Below, in pieces: positions 50,702 through 60,741 of a stretch of 64,000 nt of DNA. The DNA is taken from positions 630 to 64,629 of the forward strand of contig CADBTU010000016.1 in NCBI GenBank assembly GCA_902797625.1, given 5' to 3'. A program made the position numbers and the translations under genes. Origin of the DNA: an uncultured Bacteroidota bacterium (lineage in GTDB: Bacteria; Bacteroidota; Bacteroidia; Bacteroidales; WCHB1-69). Under the pieces are notes generated by a model, which saw nothing but the letters and a program-made list of their open reading frames with translations, ran no database searches and was not told where the DNA came from. Each line of letters opens with the position of its first letter. Within the stretch, counting starts at the first letter, position 1.

Positions 50702-50734
50702 GGGGGGATAATCGCAAGATTATTCCCTTTTTTT
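50702..50734 (+). terminator. Intrinsic terminator after T9SS cargo gene
   Basis: GGGGGGATAAT-CGCAAG-ATTATTCCC (one bulge) followed by TTTTTTT. Confidence 0.6.
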
Positions 50735-50753
50735 GAATAAAAAATTTAAACAG

Positions 50754-51569
50754 ATGTTTAATTTTAGAGGAATAATTTACGACAAGAAACCTCTTATTAT
50801 GGGGATTCTCAATGTAACTGCGGATTCTTTCTTTGATGGTGGAAAATATAATTCTGACAAGCAGATAGCAGAGCGCGCTTGCGAGATATTAGATGAAGGA
50901 GGTGATATTATTGATATAGGTGCTATGTCAACTCGCCCCAATGCTCTTGAAATTCCAGAAAAAGAAGAAATTAGCAGAATAGAAAAATCTGTAAAACTGA
51001 TACGAAAATTATTTCCTAACGCAGTGATTTCAATTGATACATATCGAGCAAGCGTTGCAGAAGTGGCTATTAACGAAGGCGCAGATATGATTAACGACAT
51101 CTCAGGCGGCACTTTCGACTCTGAAATGATTCCTACAATTGGAAAATTTCAGGTTCCTTATTGTGTTATGCACACGCCCGCACCCCCAGAAACTATGCAA
51201 AACAATACAAATTACGACGATATTATTGCTGACATTATGCGCTTTTTTAGTCAGCAAATTGATAAATTACACGCCCATTTTGTACACGATATTATCTTGG
51301 ATATAGGTTTTGGCTTCGGCAAAACTTTGGAGCAAAATTATCTACTAATAAAAAATATGGAAACATTTAAACAATTAGGATTTCCATTACTCGTTGGAAT
51401 TTCTAGAAAATCAATGATTTATAAACTTCTTGAAACGGATGCTAATAATGCTCTAAATGGTACAACAGTTCTTAACACTATCGCACTTATGAAAGGTGCT
51501 TCAATATTACGGGTTCACGATGTGAAAGAAGCAGATGAGGTTCGCAAAATTTTTCTCCAACAAAAATAA
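50754..51569 (+). CDS. folP: Dihydropteroate synthase
   Basis: Has MGILNVT.DSF.DGG, DIGA.STRP, IS.DT, ND.SGG and GFGFGKT motifs. The track start (TTG 50733) lies in the terminator T-tract, so ATG 50754 is preferred. Confidence 0.9.
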   Translation: MFNFRGIIYDKKPLIMGILNVTADSFFDGGKYNSDKQIAERACEILDEGGDIIDIGAMSTRPNALEIPEKEEISRIEKSVKLIRKLFPNAVISIDTYRASVAEVAINEGADMINDISGGTFDSEMIPTIGKFQVPYCVMHTPAPPETMQNNTNYDDIIADIMRFFSQQIDKLHAHFVHDIILDIGFGFGKTLEQNYLLIKNMETFKQLGFPLLVGISRKSMIYKLLETDANNALNGTTVLNTIALMKGASILRVHDVKEADEVRKIFLQQK

Positions 51570-51570
51570 T

Positions 51571-51578
51571 TATCTTTG
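51571..51578 (+). promoter_or_regulatory. -7 promoter box (TATCTTTG) for lipoprotein/tilS unit
   Basis: Exact TAnnTTTG 12 nt upstream of the ATG at 51590. Confidence 0.45.
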
Positions 51579-51589
51579 CAAAAAAAAAT

Positions 51590-52576
51590 ATGCTGAAAAA
51601 TAATAGTTATTTATTTTTAATAGTTGCCATAATTATAATTGTAAGTGGTTGTAAATCAAAAAATAACGATGTTGTTTTTGATAAAGGAGAAAAGGATTTT
51701 AACTATCCTTTTGAAATGATTAGCGATACTTTGGTAGCCGATGTTCACGATAATTGTAAGCTTTTTCCGCTTCAAGATGCGGTTCTTGAATCTTTTTTGG
51801 AAAAATCACAGCAGTTTGAAGGTAGGAAATGGACAGCCAAAGTTGACTTTCCTGATGAGTGGGGTGTAAAATGTATAGAGCGTCTCCAAGAAGGAAAAGA
51901 ATTATGGGAATTTGTTTCAGCTAATCGTGAAATGATATACCTTGTAACTACTTCTGGCTACGGCACTCAGCGTATTTTAGATCTGTTACCCGTAGCAATC
52001 AATATCACTAATCAAAAAAATGATGACCTCGAAACAGAGAAATGGACAACAACTCGCCTCCCAGATGGTCAATTTATTACGGTAAAAGAGTACGAGTGGA
52101 TACACTCGATGACAAAAGCTACAAAACAAGATTTTATAAATAATCCTGAGAAATTTCACAAAAAAACAAAACATACAGAGCAGTTTTTCATCAACGATCA
52201 AGGGAGATTTGAAAAATCTGAAATAGTTGATACAATGCCCGACTACAGAGCTGTTATATTCTTTTTTAATCCTAACGAAAAACCTTTACTTTGGGACGAA
52301 AATATTCCTCGTCTGCAAGCTTTTTGTGAAGAAAATTCAGTACTATTTGAAGAAGTTTTCCAAAATTTTGATAGGGTAACTGTTCGTGATTTTGAATTAA
52401 CATTTGCCTTAGATGTTGATATTACACCCTATGCTGAAGACGTGGAAAGCGGAATGCTTATGATGACTAAAGGATATGAACCAAAAGTAGTGCATTTCGG
52501 TTCTTTTGAATATATGCAAATGGAAATTCGCAGATACTTCAAATTGCGTTCTAATTACGAAGAATCTGAAAGTTAA
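51590..52576 (+). CDS. Hypothetical lipoprotein
   Basis: 328 aa. Signal peptide plus lipobox (IVSGC). No recognisable domain. Confidence 0.55.
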   Translation: MLKNNSYLFLIVAIIIIVSGCKSKNNDVVFDKGEKDFNYPFEMISDTLVADVHDNCKLFPLQDAVLESFLEKSQQFEGRKWTAKVDFPDEWGVKCIERLQEGKELWEFVSANREMIYLVTTSGYGTQRILDLLPVAINITNQKNDDLETEKWTTTRLPDGQFITVKEYEWIHSMTKATKQDFINNPEKFHKKTKHTEQFFINDQGRFEKSEIVDTMPDYRAVIFFFNPNEKPLLWDENIPRLQAFCEENSVLFEEVFQNFDRVTVRDFELTFALDVDITPYAEDVESGMLMMTKGYEPKVVHFGSFEYMQMEIRRYFKLRSNYEESES

Positions 52577-52592
52577 TGTTTTGTAAGTTGCT

Positions 52593-53921
52593 ATGTTACA
52601 AAGATTTGTAGAATCATTACGCGAGATAGTAGGCGACGATTTTGCGCAAAAAAAATATCTTTTAGCGGTGAGTGGCGGTGCTGATTCAACCGTAATGGCG
52701 CAACTTTTCAACTGCGTAAATCTTAATTTTTCGATTGCTCATTGCAATTTTCATCTCCGCGGCAAGGATTCTGATAGAGATATGAAATTTGTAGAAAATC
52801 TTTCTCAAAATCTTAATACTCTGTTGTTTGTAAAAGAATTTGACACCTTAGAAATTCAAAAAAAATCAAAAAAATCTGTTGAAATGGTTGCACGCGAGTT
52901 GCGCTATAACTGGTTCTGTGAAATTATAGAAGGTTACGATTTTTTAGTTACAGCTCATAATGCTAATGATGCAGCCGAAACTCTGCTTATTAATATCAAT
53001 AGAGGAACAGGATTAAAAGGACTACGTTCTATTCCTAAGAAAAATGGTAATATTATTCGTCCTATGCTCGCTTTCTCTGCTAAAGAAATACGAGATTGGG
53101 CAAAAAATAATAAAATTAACTTTGTAGAAGATTATACTAATTCTGATGAAACTATTAAAAGAAATCGTATAAGACACTCAGTTCTCCCAATTTTTGAAGA
53201 ATTGAACCCCAATTTCTTGCAAACTATCCAAAAAACTATTCACCTTTTGACTAAACAATACGATTTTTACAATCATTATCTTCAATCAGAAATAGAAAAA
53301 GTATCTATTATTGGGGATAATGAAATTAAAATAGATAGAAAAAAACTTGCTAACTTGCCTGATTCTCAGATAGTTTTGTATGAAATTCTATCTAAATTTA
53401 ATTTTTCAGACGATTCTTGTAACAAATTAGTATCTGACAAAAAGTTGCACACTGGCAAAATATTCAACTCTAATTCGCATACATTGCTTGTTGAAAGAGA
53501 GTGTTTTTTAATTAAAAAAAACATAGAAAATCTTAGTCAAGAAATCGTTATAAACAATCTATCTGAACTAAAAAAATATTTCAAAGTGGAAGAATATATC
53601 AACAATAATGATATTATTTTTGATAAAAATCCACTTGTTTTTTTCATTCCTAAAGAAAAATTACAATTTCCGCTAACTATTCGGCATTGGAGAAAAGGCG
53701 ACTATTTTTATCCGTTTGGAGCCAAAGGTAAAAAGAAGTTGAGTGATTTCTTTATAAACAATAAAATAAATCTATTTGAGAAAAATAAAATTAAGTTATT
53801 ATGTTGCGAAAATCAGATAATGTGGATTATTGGTTACCGTTCAGACGAGAGATTTAAAATCAATAAATACTCAAAAACATACTATAAAATTACATTTTTT
53901 GAACAAATAAATGAAAAATAA
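52593..53921 (+). CDS. tilS: tRNA(Ile)-lysidine synthetase
   Basis: Has LLAVSGGADS (PP-loop) and later TAHNANDAAET. 442 aa. Confidence 0.9.
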   Translation: MLQRFVESLREIVGDDFAQKKYLLAVSGGADSTVMAQLFNCVNLNFSIAHCNFHLRGKDSDRDMKFVENLSQNLNTLLFVKEFDTLEIQKKSKKSVEMVARELRYNWFCEIIEGYDFLVTAHNANDAAETLLININRGTGLKGLRSIPKKNGNIIRPMLAFSAKEIRDWAKNNKINFVEDYTNSDETIKRNRIRHSVLPIFEELNPNFLQTIQKTIHLLTKQYDFYNHYLQSEIEKVSIIGDNEIKIDRKKLANLPDSQIVLYEILSKFNFSDDSCNKLVSDKKLHTGKIFNSNSHTLLVERECFLIKKNIENLSQEIVINNLSELKKYFKVEEYINNNDIIFDKNPLVFFIPKEKLQFPLTIRHWRKGDYFYPFGAKGKKKLSDFFINNKINLFEKNKIKLLCCENQIMWIIGYRSDERFKINKYSKTYYKITFFEQINEK

Positions 53922-55035
53922 ATTCGCATTTATGATATTTTCAATACTATTTTCTGTAATGATAGCAGGTGTTCTTTACTTAGGAGTGCGATCTGCTTTT
54001 ATCTTTCAGTGTAAACCATACATTTTCTTTTTGCTTTATGGTTTGATGTTGTTTTTTTCTTTCGGGATGATGATGGCAGGGATGAACATGAAAAACTCGG
54101 GGCTCTTTATGCATACATTATATATCTTAGGAAATATTTTGGTTGGCGTATTGTTGTATCTACTATTTTCATTTGTGTTTTTTGATATTATAAATATTTT
54201 TGTTCATTTTAAACCAAAAGTGTTTGGTATCATGGCATTTTCAGTGGCATTTAGTCTTTCGATATGTTCAATGATAATAGCAGCTTCACCACGGATTAAA
54301 AACGTGAATATAAGTTTAAAAAATCTTTCAGAACCGTTAAAAGTTGTTCATCTTACAGATATTCATTTAGGACATTATAGAGGAAAACAAAATTTAGAGA
54401 GGATTGTAAAATTAACCAAAGAGCAAAATCCAGATTTTGTAGTTATAACAGGCGATCTATTTGAAAGTGAATATAATTTGAATGAAGAGACGTTGAAACC
54501 ATTAAAAGAGATACAAGTTCCAATCTATTTTGTGGACGGGAATCATGATTTATATACTAACGATGCAAAAATTAAGGAATTAGTAACAAAAAGTGGAGTA
54601 ATAGTTCTCGAAAATCAGAAGATAGAAAATAACGGTATTCAAATTATAGGTTTAGATTATATGGATGCTGACAATAATAGCACAGAAGATGTTGTTCCGC
54701 ACGAAGCAAAATCTCAAACAATACGAAACACAATGCCTCTATTTGCTATAGATTCTACAAAACCGACAATAGTATTGCATCATTCTCCAATAGGTGGAAA
54801 GTTTATTGCAGAAGCGGGGGCAGACCTTTTTCTTGCGGGACACACTCACGGTGGACAACTTTTTCCTCTCACAATTATAAATAGTTACCTTTTTGAATTT
54901 AACAAAGGTTTATACAATAAGTATGGTATGCAAATTTATGTTTCTTGTGGAACGGGTACTTTTGGTCCACCAATGCGACTATGTACAGCAAGTGAGATTT
55001 CTGTATTAAATCTCAATCCTGCGAATAACAGATAA
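53911..55035 (+). CDS. Membrane-anchored metallophosphoesterase (YkuE/calcineurin-like)
   Basis: About 4 N-terminal TM helices. Has LTDIHLG, TGDL, GNHD, HHSP and GHTHGGQ motifs. Overlaps tilS by 11 nt. Confidence 0.85.
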   Translation: MKNKFAFMIFSILFSVMIAGVLYLGVRSAFIFQCKPYIFFLLYGLMLFFSFGMMMAGMNMKNSGLFMHTLYILGNILVGVLLYLLFSFVFFDIINIFVHFKPKVFGIMAFSVAFSLSICSMIIAASPRIKNVNISLKNLSEPLKVVHLTDIHLGHYRGKQNLERIVKLTKEQNPDFVVITGDLFESEYNLNEETLKPLKEIQVPIYFVDGNHDLYTNDAKIKELVTKSGVIVLENQKIENNGIQIIGLDYMDADNNSTEDVVPHEAKSQTIRNTMPLFAIDSTKPTIVLHHSPIGGKFIAEAGADLFLAGHTHGGQLFPLTIINSYLFEFNKGLYNKYGMQIYVSCGTGTFGPPMRLCTASEISVLNLNPANNR

Positions 55036-55041
55036 AAACAC

Positions 55042-55049
55042 TATTTTTG
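55042..55049 (+). promoter_or_regulatory. -7 promoter box (TATTTTTG)
   Basis: Exact TAnnTTTG 38 nt upstream of the ATG at 55087. Confidence 0.45.
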
Positions 55050-55086
55050 CGGCACTTTTTAAAATTTACAAATAATTTTATAACTA

Positions 55087-55560
55087 ATGGAATCTACTTC
55101 TGCAAACAACTTGGAAAACACACCACGTAGAACTCCAATATTATGGATTCTATCAATTTTCACTATGTTAAATACATTTTTTTCTACAATCTCCTATGTT
55201 GCTTGGGCTATAAATGCTGATGTGATGCAAAAATCGTTGGAGATAATAAAGAAAGTGGAGACGTTCTCAGAAGAGCAAGTAAATCAAATAGTTGGCATTT
55301 ATTCTTCAATTAGTAGTTGGCAATATTTTCTGTTAGCAATAATACAGTTAATAATTTTTGCAGGGGCTTTCATAATGCTATCAAAACTGAATAAGATAGG
55401 TTTTCATTTTTATACAATAGGACAAATATTGCAGTTTTGTGTATTGAATTTTGTGATAGGTGGGGTAGTGGCAATGGGAACAAATGCGATAGTAACAACA
55501 ATACTTTGGGTTCTAATGTATTCTACGCAATTGCGGTTTATGCGAAAAGTTGAAGAATAA
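55087..55560 (+). CDS. Hypothetical 4-TM membrane protein
   Basis: 157 aa with four hydrophobic segments. A promoter box lies upstream. No family recognised. Confidence 0.5.
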   Translation: MESTSANNLENTPRRTPILWILSIFTMLNTFFSTISYVAWAINADVMQKSLEIIKKVETFSEEQVNQIVGIYSSISSWQYFLLAIIQLIIFAGAFIMLSKLNKIGFHFYTIGQILQFCVLNFVIGGVVAMGTNAIVTTILWVLMYSTQLRFMRKVEE

Positions 55561-55584
55561 TTAGGATAGTAAATTTTCAAGAAA

Positions 55585-56787
55585 ATGAACAGAGAAGATT
55601 TTTCTATTTTAGATCAAAAGGTTTATGGCAAAGCTTTAGTATATTTAGACAATGCAGCAACAACACAAAAACCCAATGTGGTAATTGATACATTGTCGAA
55701 ATATTATTTAGAACAGAATAGCAATATACACCGAGGAGTACACTATTTGAGTTCCTCTGCTACTGCCGAATTTGAGAATGCGAGAAGGTCGGTACAAACT
55801 TTTATCAACGCCACATCTGATTGTGAAATTATTTTTACACGCGGAACAACAGAATCTATAAATCTTGTATCTTCATCGTTTGGTAAAACATTCATAAAAG
55901 AGGGCGACGAAATTATTATTTCGGAAATGGAACATCATTCAAATATTGTACCTTGGCAGTTTGTTTGTAATGAGCGTGATGCAAATTTGAAAGTACTGAA
56001 ATTTAATGAAAAAGGAGAAATTTCAGTTAAAGAATTTACTAAAATGCTAACGAATAAAACTAAAATCGTGGCTATTACGCATATATCAAACTCATTAGGA
56101 ACTATAAATCCAATAAAAGATATAATCGATATTGCTCATAAACACAATGTATTAGTATTGATTGATGGGGCGCAGGCTGTGGCGCATTGCAAAGTAGATG
56201 TTCAAGAATTAGATTGCGATTTTTATTGTTTTTCAGGACATAAGATGTATGCTCCAATGGGTGTTGGTGTGCTATATGGCAAGAAAAATATATTAGAAGA
56301 AATGCATCCATACCAAGGTGGTGGCGAAATGATTAAAGAGGTAACTTTTGAGAAAACTACCTATAATGAGTTGCCTTTTAAATTTGAAGCTGGAACACCT
56401 TCAGTAGGTGACGTTCTCGGATTGCAAAGAGCTATTGAATACATGAGAAATATTGGATTAGATAATATTGCGCAGCATGAACATAAGCTTATGGAGTTCA
56501 CTCTTGCAGAACTGCGTAAGATTGAGGGTGTTCGCATCATCGGAGAGGCCTCTCAAAGAGCGGGAGTAATCTCATTTCTCATTGGGGATATTCATCCTTA
56601 CGATTTGGGAGTTTTGCTTGATCGTCAAGGAGTTGCTGTAAGAACAGGACATCACTGCACCCAACCCGTTATGGAACATTTTGGAATACCAGGAACTGTG
56701 CGAGTCTCTTTTGCTATGTATAATACTATTGATGAAATCAAAATTTTTATAAACGCAGTTAAAAAAGCGAAGGAGATGCTCTCATGA
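55585..56787 (+). CDS. sufS: Cysteine desulfurase, SufS/class V aminotransferase
   Basis: Has NIHRG.H, SGHKMY.P.G.G.LYG (PLP Lys) and RTGHHC (catalytic Cys). Confidence 0.9.
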   Translation: MNREDFSILDQKVYGKALVYLDNAATTQKPNVVIDTLSKYYLEQNSNIHRGVHYLSSSATAEFENARRSVQTFINATSDCEIIFTRGTTESINLVSSSFGKTFIKEGDEIIISEMEHHSNIVPWQFVCNERDANLKVLKFNEKGEISVKEFTKMLTNKTKIVAITHISNSLGTINPIKDIIDIAHKHNVLVLIDGAQAVAHCKVDVQELDCDFYCFSGHKMYAPMGVGVLYGKKNILEEMHPYQGGGEMIKEVTFEKTTYNELPFKFEAGTPSVGDVLGLQRAIEYMRNIGLDNIAQHEHKLMEFTLAELRKIEGVRIIGEASQRAGVISFLIGDIHPYDLGVLLDRQGVAVRTGHHCTQPVMEHFGIPGTVRVSFAMYNTIDEIKIFINAVKKAKEMLS

Positions 56788-57563
56788 AAACAAATACATT
56801 TGCATTAGTAACAGGAGGAAGTTCAGGAATAGGCTTTGCTTACGCTGTAGAATGGGCTCGAAAAGGCTATAATATATTTATTGTTAGTAATAATGAGGAT
56901 TTAAACAGAGATGCGGTAGCGCGTTTACATAATTTATTCAAAGAGTTGCGTATCATTTCGCTTTACAAAGATTTGTCTCATCCTTTAGCAGCTCAGGAAC
57001 TATTTAATTATTGCAAAAGCGAGAATATTGAAGTTGAGATTTTGGTAAACAATGCAGGAATGTTTTACTTTGGTGCAGCTGTTGACAAGCCTGTAGAGTT
57101 AAGTGCAACAATGACGGCATTGCATTGCAATACGCCAGTTACACTTTGCATACTCTTTGGCAACGAGATGAAGCGACGCGGCAGAGGTTATGTCATAAAT
57201 GCAAGTTCAATAACAGCATTCATGTGCTTTCCAACTATCGCTGTATATCAAGCTTCAAAAGCATTCCTATACAAGTTCTCTAAAGGACTTGCTTTTGAAC
57301 TTTCATATTATGGTGTACAAGTTTGTTGCGTTTGTCCAGGTGCTGTAGATACAGATCTTTACAATCTGCCTTTGAAAATTAGAAAAATTTTGCGTTCTAT
57401 AGGAATTATGCTCACGCCAGAACAAGTAGCAAAACGAGGTGTTAAAGCTGTTTTAAGAGGCAGAAAAGTAAAGATTCCTGGACTAATCAACTATATATTC
57501 ATCTTACTTTGCTTTCTTATTCCAGATTTTATAATTAATATTCTCAAGAAGAAGTTTGTATAA
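56784..57563 (+). CDS. Short-chain dehydrogenase/reductase with C-terminal hydrophobic tail
   Basis: Has TGGSSGIG, NNAG and YQASK motifs. Overlaps sufS by 4 nt. Confidence 0.85.
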   Translation: MKTNTFALVTGGSSGIGFAYAVEWARKGYNIFIVSNNEDLNRDAVARLHNLFKELRIISLYKDLSHPLAAQELFNYCKSENIEVEILVNNAGMFYFGAAVDKPVELSATMTALHCNTPVTLCILFGNEMKRRGRGYVINASSITAFMCFPTIAVYQASKAFLYKFSKGLAFELSYYGVQVCCVCPGAVDTDLYNLPLKIRKILRSIGIMLTPEQVAKRGVKAVLRGRKVKIPGLINYIFILLCFLIPDFIINILKKKFV

Positions 57564-57581
57564 CAAACATCTCTCCGCATA

Positions 57582-58814
57582 CTATTTTAATGCAAGAACT
57601 GCCTCTTTGATACGGCGGCAAGCCTCTTTCAGATTTTCTTCAGAAGTTGCATAGGATAATCTTATGCAATCATCGTCTCCAAATGCTGTACCTTGAACTG
57701 TTGAAACATTGGCGTCTAATAGAAAATAGAATGCTAAATCCGTAGAATTATCAATAGTAGTTTTATTATATTGAGCTGCGAAATTGGAATTTGCAGGAGT
57801 GTTTTTACCAAATAATGAACTAATTTTTGGGAAGAAATAGAATGCACCCTGAGGAAGATGAACTTCAAAACCTGGAATTTCCTGCAAAAGAGCGAAAACT
57901 AAATTGCGGCGTGTTTTGAAGACATTACGCATATTTAAAATCTCTTCAGAAGTTTTAGGATCCATTTCCATAGCTTTCAAGGCAGCTCTTTGTGAAATGG
58001 AACCTGTAGCAGATGTTATTTGTCCTTGAAGTTTATTGCAAGCTTTTGCCACCTCTATTGGTGCGCCTATGAAACCAATTCTCCAACCTGTCATAGCAAA
58101 TCCTTTTGCAACACCGTTAACAGTAACAACCTGATTTTTAATAAAGTCAAATTGAGCAATACTTTCATGATGACCGACAAAGTTGATATGTTCATATATT
58201 TCGTCAGACATAATCATCATCTGAGGATGTTGAGCCACAATTTCAGCAATAGCTTTCAGTTCCTCTTTTGAGTAGATCATACCTGTAGGGTTAGAAGGGC
58301 TGCTAAACATCATTAATTTTGTTTTAGGAGTAATAGCTGCCCTAAGTTGTTCAGGTGTAATTTTAAAGTCATTTTCAATTTTACCTGGAATGTAAATTAT
58401 CTTAGCTTCAGCCATTTGCGCAATTGCACGATAAGAAACCCAGTAAGGAGTTGGAATGATAACTTCATCGCCTGGATTAACAAGAGCCATTACTGTTTGG
58501 TAAATAGCTTGTTTTCCTCCTGTTGACACAACAATTTGTTGTGAGGAATAATCCAAATTATTATCTCTTTTAAACTTATTGCTTATAGCATTTAGCAAAT
58601 CGGCATATCCAGGAACAGGCGGATAATGTGTAAAATTATCGTCTATAGATTGTTTAGCGAAATCTTTTACCTCTTCAGGTGTGTTAAAATCGGGCTCACC
58701 AATACTTAAACTTATTACATCTTGACCTTTTTCTTTCAATTCGCGTGCTAATGCGGTCATGGCTAAAGTTTCAGAAGCCGGCATATCGAGCACTCTCTTT
58801 GATATTCTTTCCAT
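57582..58814 (-). CDS. PLP-dependent aminotransferase class I (aspartate aminotransferase-like)
   Basis: 410 aa. Has SIGEPDF, NP.NPTG and SKGFAMTGWRIG (PLP Lys) motifs. Confidence 0.85.
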   Translation of the reverse strand: MERISKRVLDMPASETLAMTALARELKEKGQDVISLSIGEPDFNTPEEVKDFAKQSIDDNFTHYPPVPGYADLLNAISNKFKRDNNLDYSSQQIVVSTGGKQAIYQTVMALVNPGDEVIIPTPYWVSYRAIAQMAEAKIIYIPGKIENDFKITPEQLRAAITPKTKLMMFSSPSNPTGMIYSKEELKAIAEIVAQHPQMMIMSDEIYEHINFVGHHESIAQFDFIKNQVVTVNGVAKGFAMTGWRIGFIGAPIEVAKACNKLQGQITSATGSISQRAALKAMEMDPKTSEEILNMRNVFKTRRNLVFALLQEIPGFEVHLPQGAFYFFPKISSLFGKNTPANSNFAAQYNKTTIDNSTDLAFYFLLDANVSTVQGTAFGDDDCIRLSYATSEENLKEACRRIKEAVLALK

Positions 58815-58846
58815 ATTATGTTTTATTTTTTACAAAAATGAGAGTG

Positions 58847-58854
58847 CAAAAATA
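58847..58854 (-). promoter_or_regulatory. -7 promoter box (TATTTTTG) for aminotransferase
   Basis: Exact TAnnTTTG on the minus strand, 33 nt upstream of the ATG at 58814. Confidence 0.45.
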
Positions 58855-58895
58855 CAAAAGTTATCGCTCAATTTTTTGCTTAAATCGAACTTATA

Positions 58896-58931
58896 ACAAA
58901 AAAAGATACGCAATGGTTGCATATCTTTTTT
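58896..58931 (-). terminator. Hairpin terminator after tRNA-Phe
   Basis: AGATAUGC-N7-GCGUAUCU (8 bp including one G.U pair), extendable by A-U pairs and followed by a U-run on the minus strand. Confidence 0.5.
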
Positions 58932-58935
58932 GTTG

Positions 58936-59008
<73 letters not shown>

Positions 59009-59028
59009 ATCGCTGCTTTTAACGGCTG

Positions 59029-59036
59029 CAAATATA
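59029..59036 (-). promoter_or_regulatory. -7 promoter box (TATATTTG) for tRNA-Phe
   Basis: Exact TAnnTTTG on the minus strand, 21 nt upstream of the tRNA 5' end. Confidence 0.55.
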
Positions 59037-59121
59037 CATTTTTTTTTAATTGTCAGTTATATTTTTGAAAAAAAATATAAGCATCTTAAAATCAATATTA
59101 TACAATAAATAATTTCTCTAT

Positions 59122-59889
59122 TTATGACCAAAATTTAGACACAGGGAAATTATTTCTTAGTATTTTTAGGTAATTAAGGTTGCAAGAATGTATTAAAACA
59201 CCCTCTTCATGGAGAGCAAATTCAGTTTCAATTTCTCCGTGTGGGTTAACAATAAATGTACCGCCAGAATAACTTTTTCCAAATCCATCGTTACCAATTC
59301 TATTTGCCACGATGACATAACATTGATTTTCAATCGCCCGCGCTGAGGCCAAGATTTTTAGTTCGTTTTCACGCGGAGAGGGAAAGTTTGTTGAGAAAAT
59401 GAGGCAATCGTAAGCAAAAGCGTTATTATTTATAGTATTGCGGCACCATTCAGGGAATCTTACGTCAAAACAAATTAAAGGTAGAAATTTATAACCTTTG
59501 CTTTCAACAATATTTTTTTCTTTACCTGAACTAAAAAACTTCTCTTCTCCTATAAAAAGGTGATGTTTATCATATTGCGAAATTACTTTTCCTGAGGAGA
59601 ACCAAAGTAATCTATTATATAATTTATTCTCCTCAAAAATAGGTAGAGTTCCAACAACATCACAATTATATTCTAAAGAAATATCACATAAAAAAGAGTA
59701 GCTAATTCCATTATTTTGTTCTGCATTTTGAAAAACATTTGAAGAAAATCCGCAATTGAACATTTCTGGTAGCACAAGTATATCAATGTTTTCAGAAATA
59801 TTTTCGCTTAGCAATTGTTTATAATGTTGAAGATTTTGTTCTTTATTATCGGGGATAATATTAGATTGAACAACAGCGATTTTTAACAT
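59122..59889 (-). CDS. Carbon-nitrogen hydrolase (nitrilase superfamily; YafV/omega-amidase-like)
   Basis: 255 aa. Has LPEMFN (Glu), a catalytic Lys region and ICFDVRFPEW (Cys). Confidence 0.85.
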   Translation of the reverse strand: MLKIAVVQSNIIPDNKEQNLQHYKQLLSENISENIDILVLPEMFNCGFSSNVFQNAEQNNGISYSFLCDISLEYNCDVVGTLPIFEENKLYNRLLWFSSGKVISQYDKHHLFIGEEKFFSSGKEKNIVESKGYKFLPLICFDVRFPEWCRNTINNNAFAYDCLIFSTNFPSPRENELKILASARAIENQCYVIVANRIGNDGFGKSYSGGTFIVNPHGEIETEFALHEEGVLIHSCNLNYLKILRNNFPVSKFWS

Positions 59890-59890
59890 T

Positions 59891-60658
59891 TCAGTAAGTT
59901 ATAACTATCCTATCGTAAGGTTTTAAATCAGCAATAATTGAAACATCAGATTGATAAGAAGCGATTTCAATAAAACCTAATCCATTTTCTGTTAAAAACA
60001 TTTCATTATTTAAAGATTGGTAATTATTGGAAAATTTCTCTATTGTCCAGTCTCCATTGGAGTAAACAATTGCAGAAAAAGGTTGGTTTCCTACCATTTT
60101 TTTGAATTTATCAGCAGAAATATCGGTTATGGCGTTATTAAAAGCGTCAATATAGACTATTTGTCCTTCAATTCTTCGATTTTCGGATGAATATTCTGGA
60201 TATTGAACAAACATTCTTTTGAAGTTTTTAAATACAGACAAATTCTCATTAACAGTATTATTTTTTATATTTTCGATAATTTTAAACATATCGGATATAG
60301 AACTGCCAGAAGAAACGTTGAGTTTAAATCCAGAGAGCTGGGTGTCTTCACCGAACATCATAAAAAACACGCCATTATCATCACCAATAAAAAAGTGTTC
60401 ATTATGAATAAAAAGCACAGGTTCAAAAGAAGAAGAAAATGTGGTATTTGTTAGAATCAGGTGAATTGAGCCTTCAGAAAATGATGAAAAGGAGTTTTTT
60501 AAGATGAAAGCAGTTTGCAGAGTATCGAATTTATCGGTATAATGAGTAATATCAACTATTTCAGTTTTAGGAAAATAGTTTCTAATTTTTCCTTTAAGCA
60601 TTGCAACATAGGGGTCTCGCAGACGCCAATCGCTTATTAAGGTAATAATATCATTCAT
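59891..60658 (-). CDS. SAM hydrolase / SAM-dependent halogenase family protein (DUF62)
   Basis: Has LISDW...DPYVA..KG and ..YID.F.N.IT motifs. Start moved to MNDIITL (60658). Its stop lies 1 nt from the nitrilase start. Confidence 0.75.
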   Translation of the reverse strand: MNDIITLISDWRLRDPYVAMLKGKIRNYFPKTEIVDITHYTDKFDTLQTAFILKNSFSSFSEGSIHLILTNTTFSSSFEPVLFIHNEHFFIGDDNGVFFMMFGEDTQLSGFKLNVSSGSSISDMFKIIENIKNNTVNENLSVFKNFKRMFVQYPEYSSENRRIEGQIVYIDAFNNAITDISADKFKKMVGNQPFSAIVYSNGDWTIEKFSNNYQSLNNEMFLTENGLGFIEIASYQSDVSIIADLKPYDRIVITY

Positions 60659-60741
60659 AATTTTCTTTAAAAAACTCAAAAAAGATCCCTCCAAATACAA
60701 AAAAATCTTGAAGGGATAAGTAATATATAAGAACAAACAGA

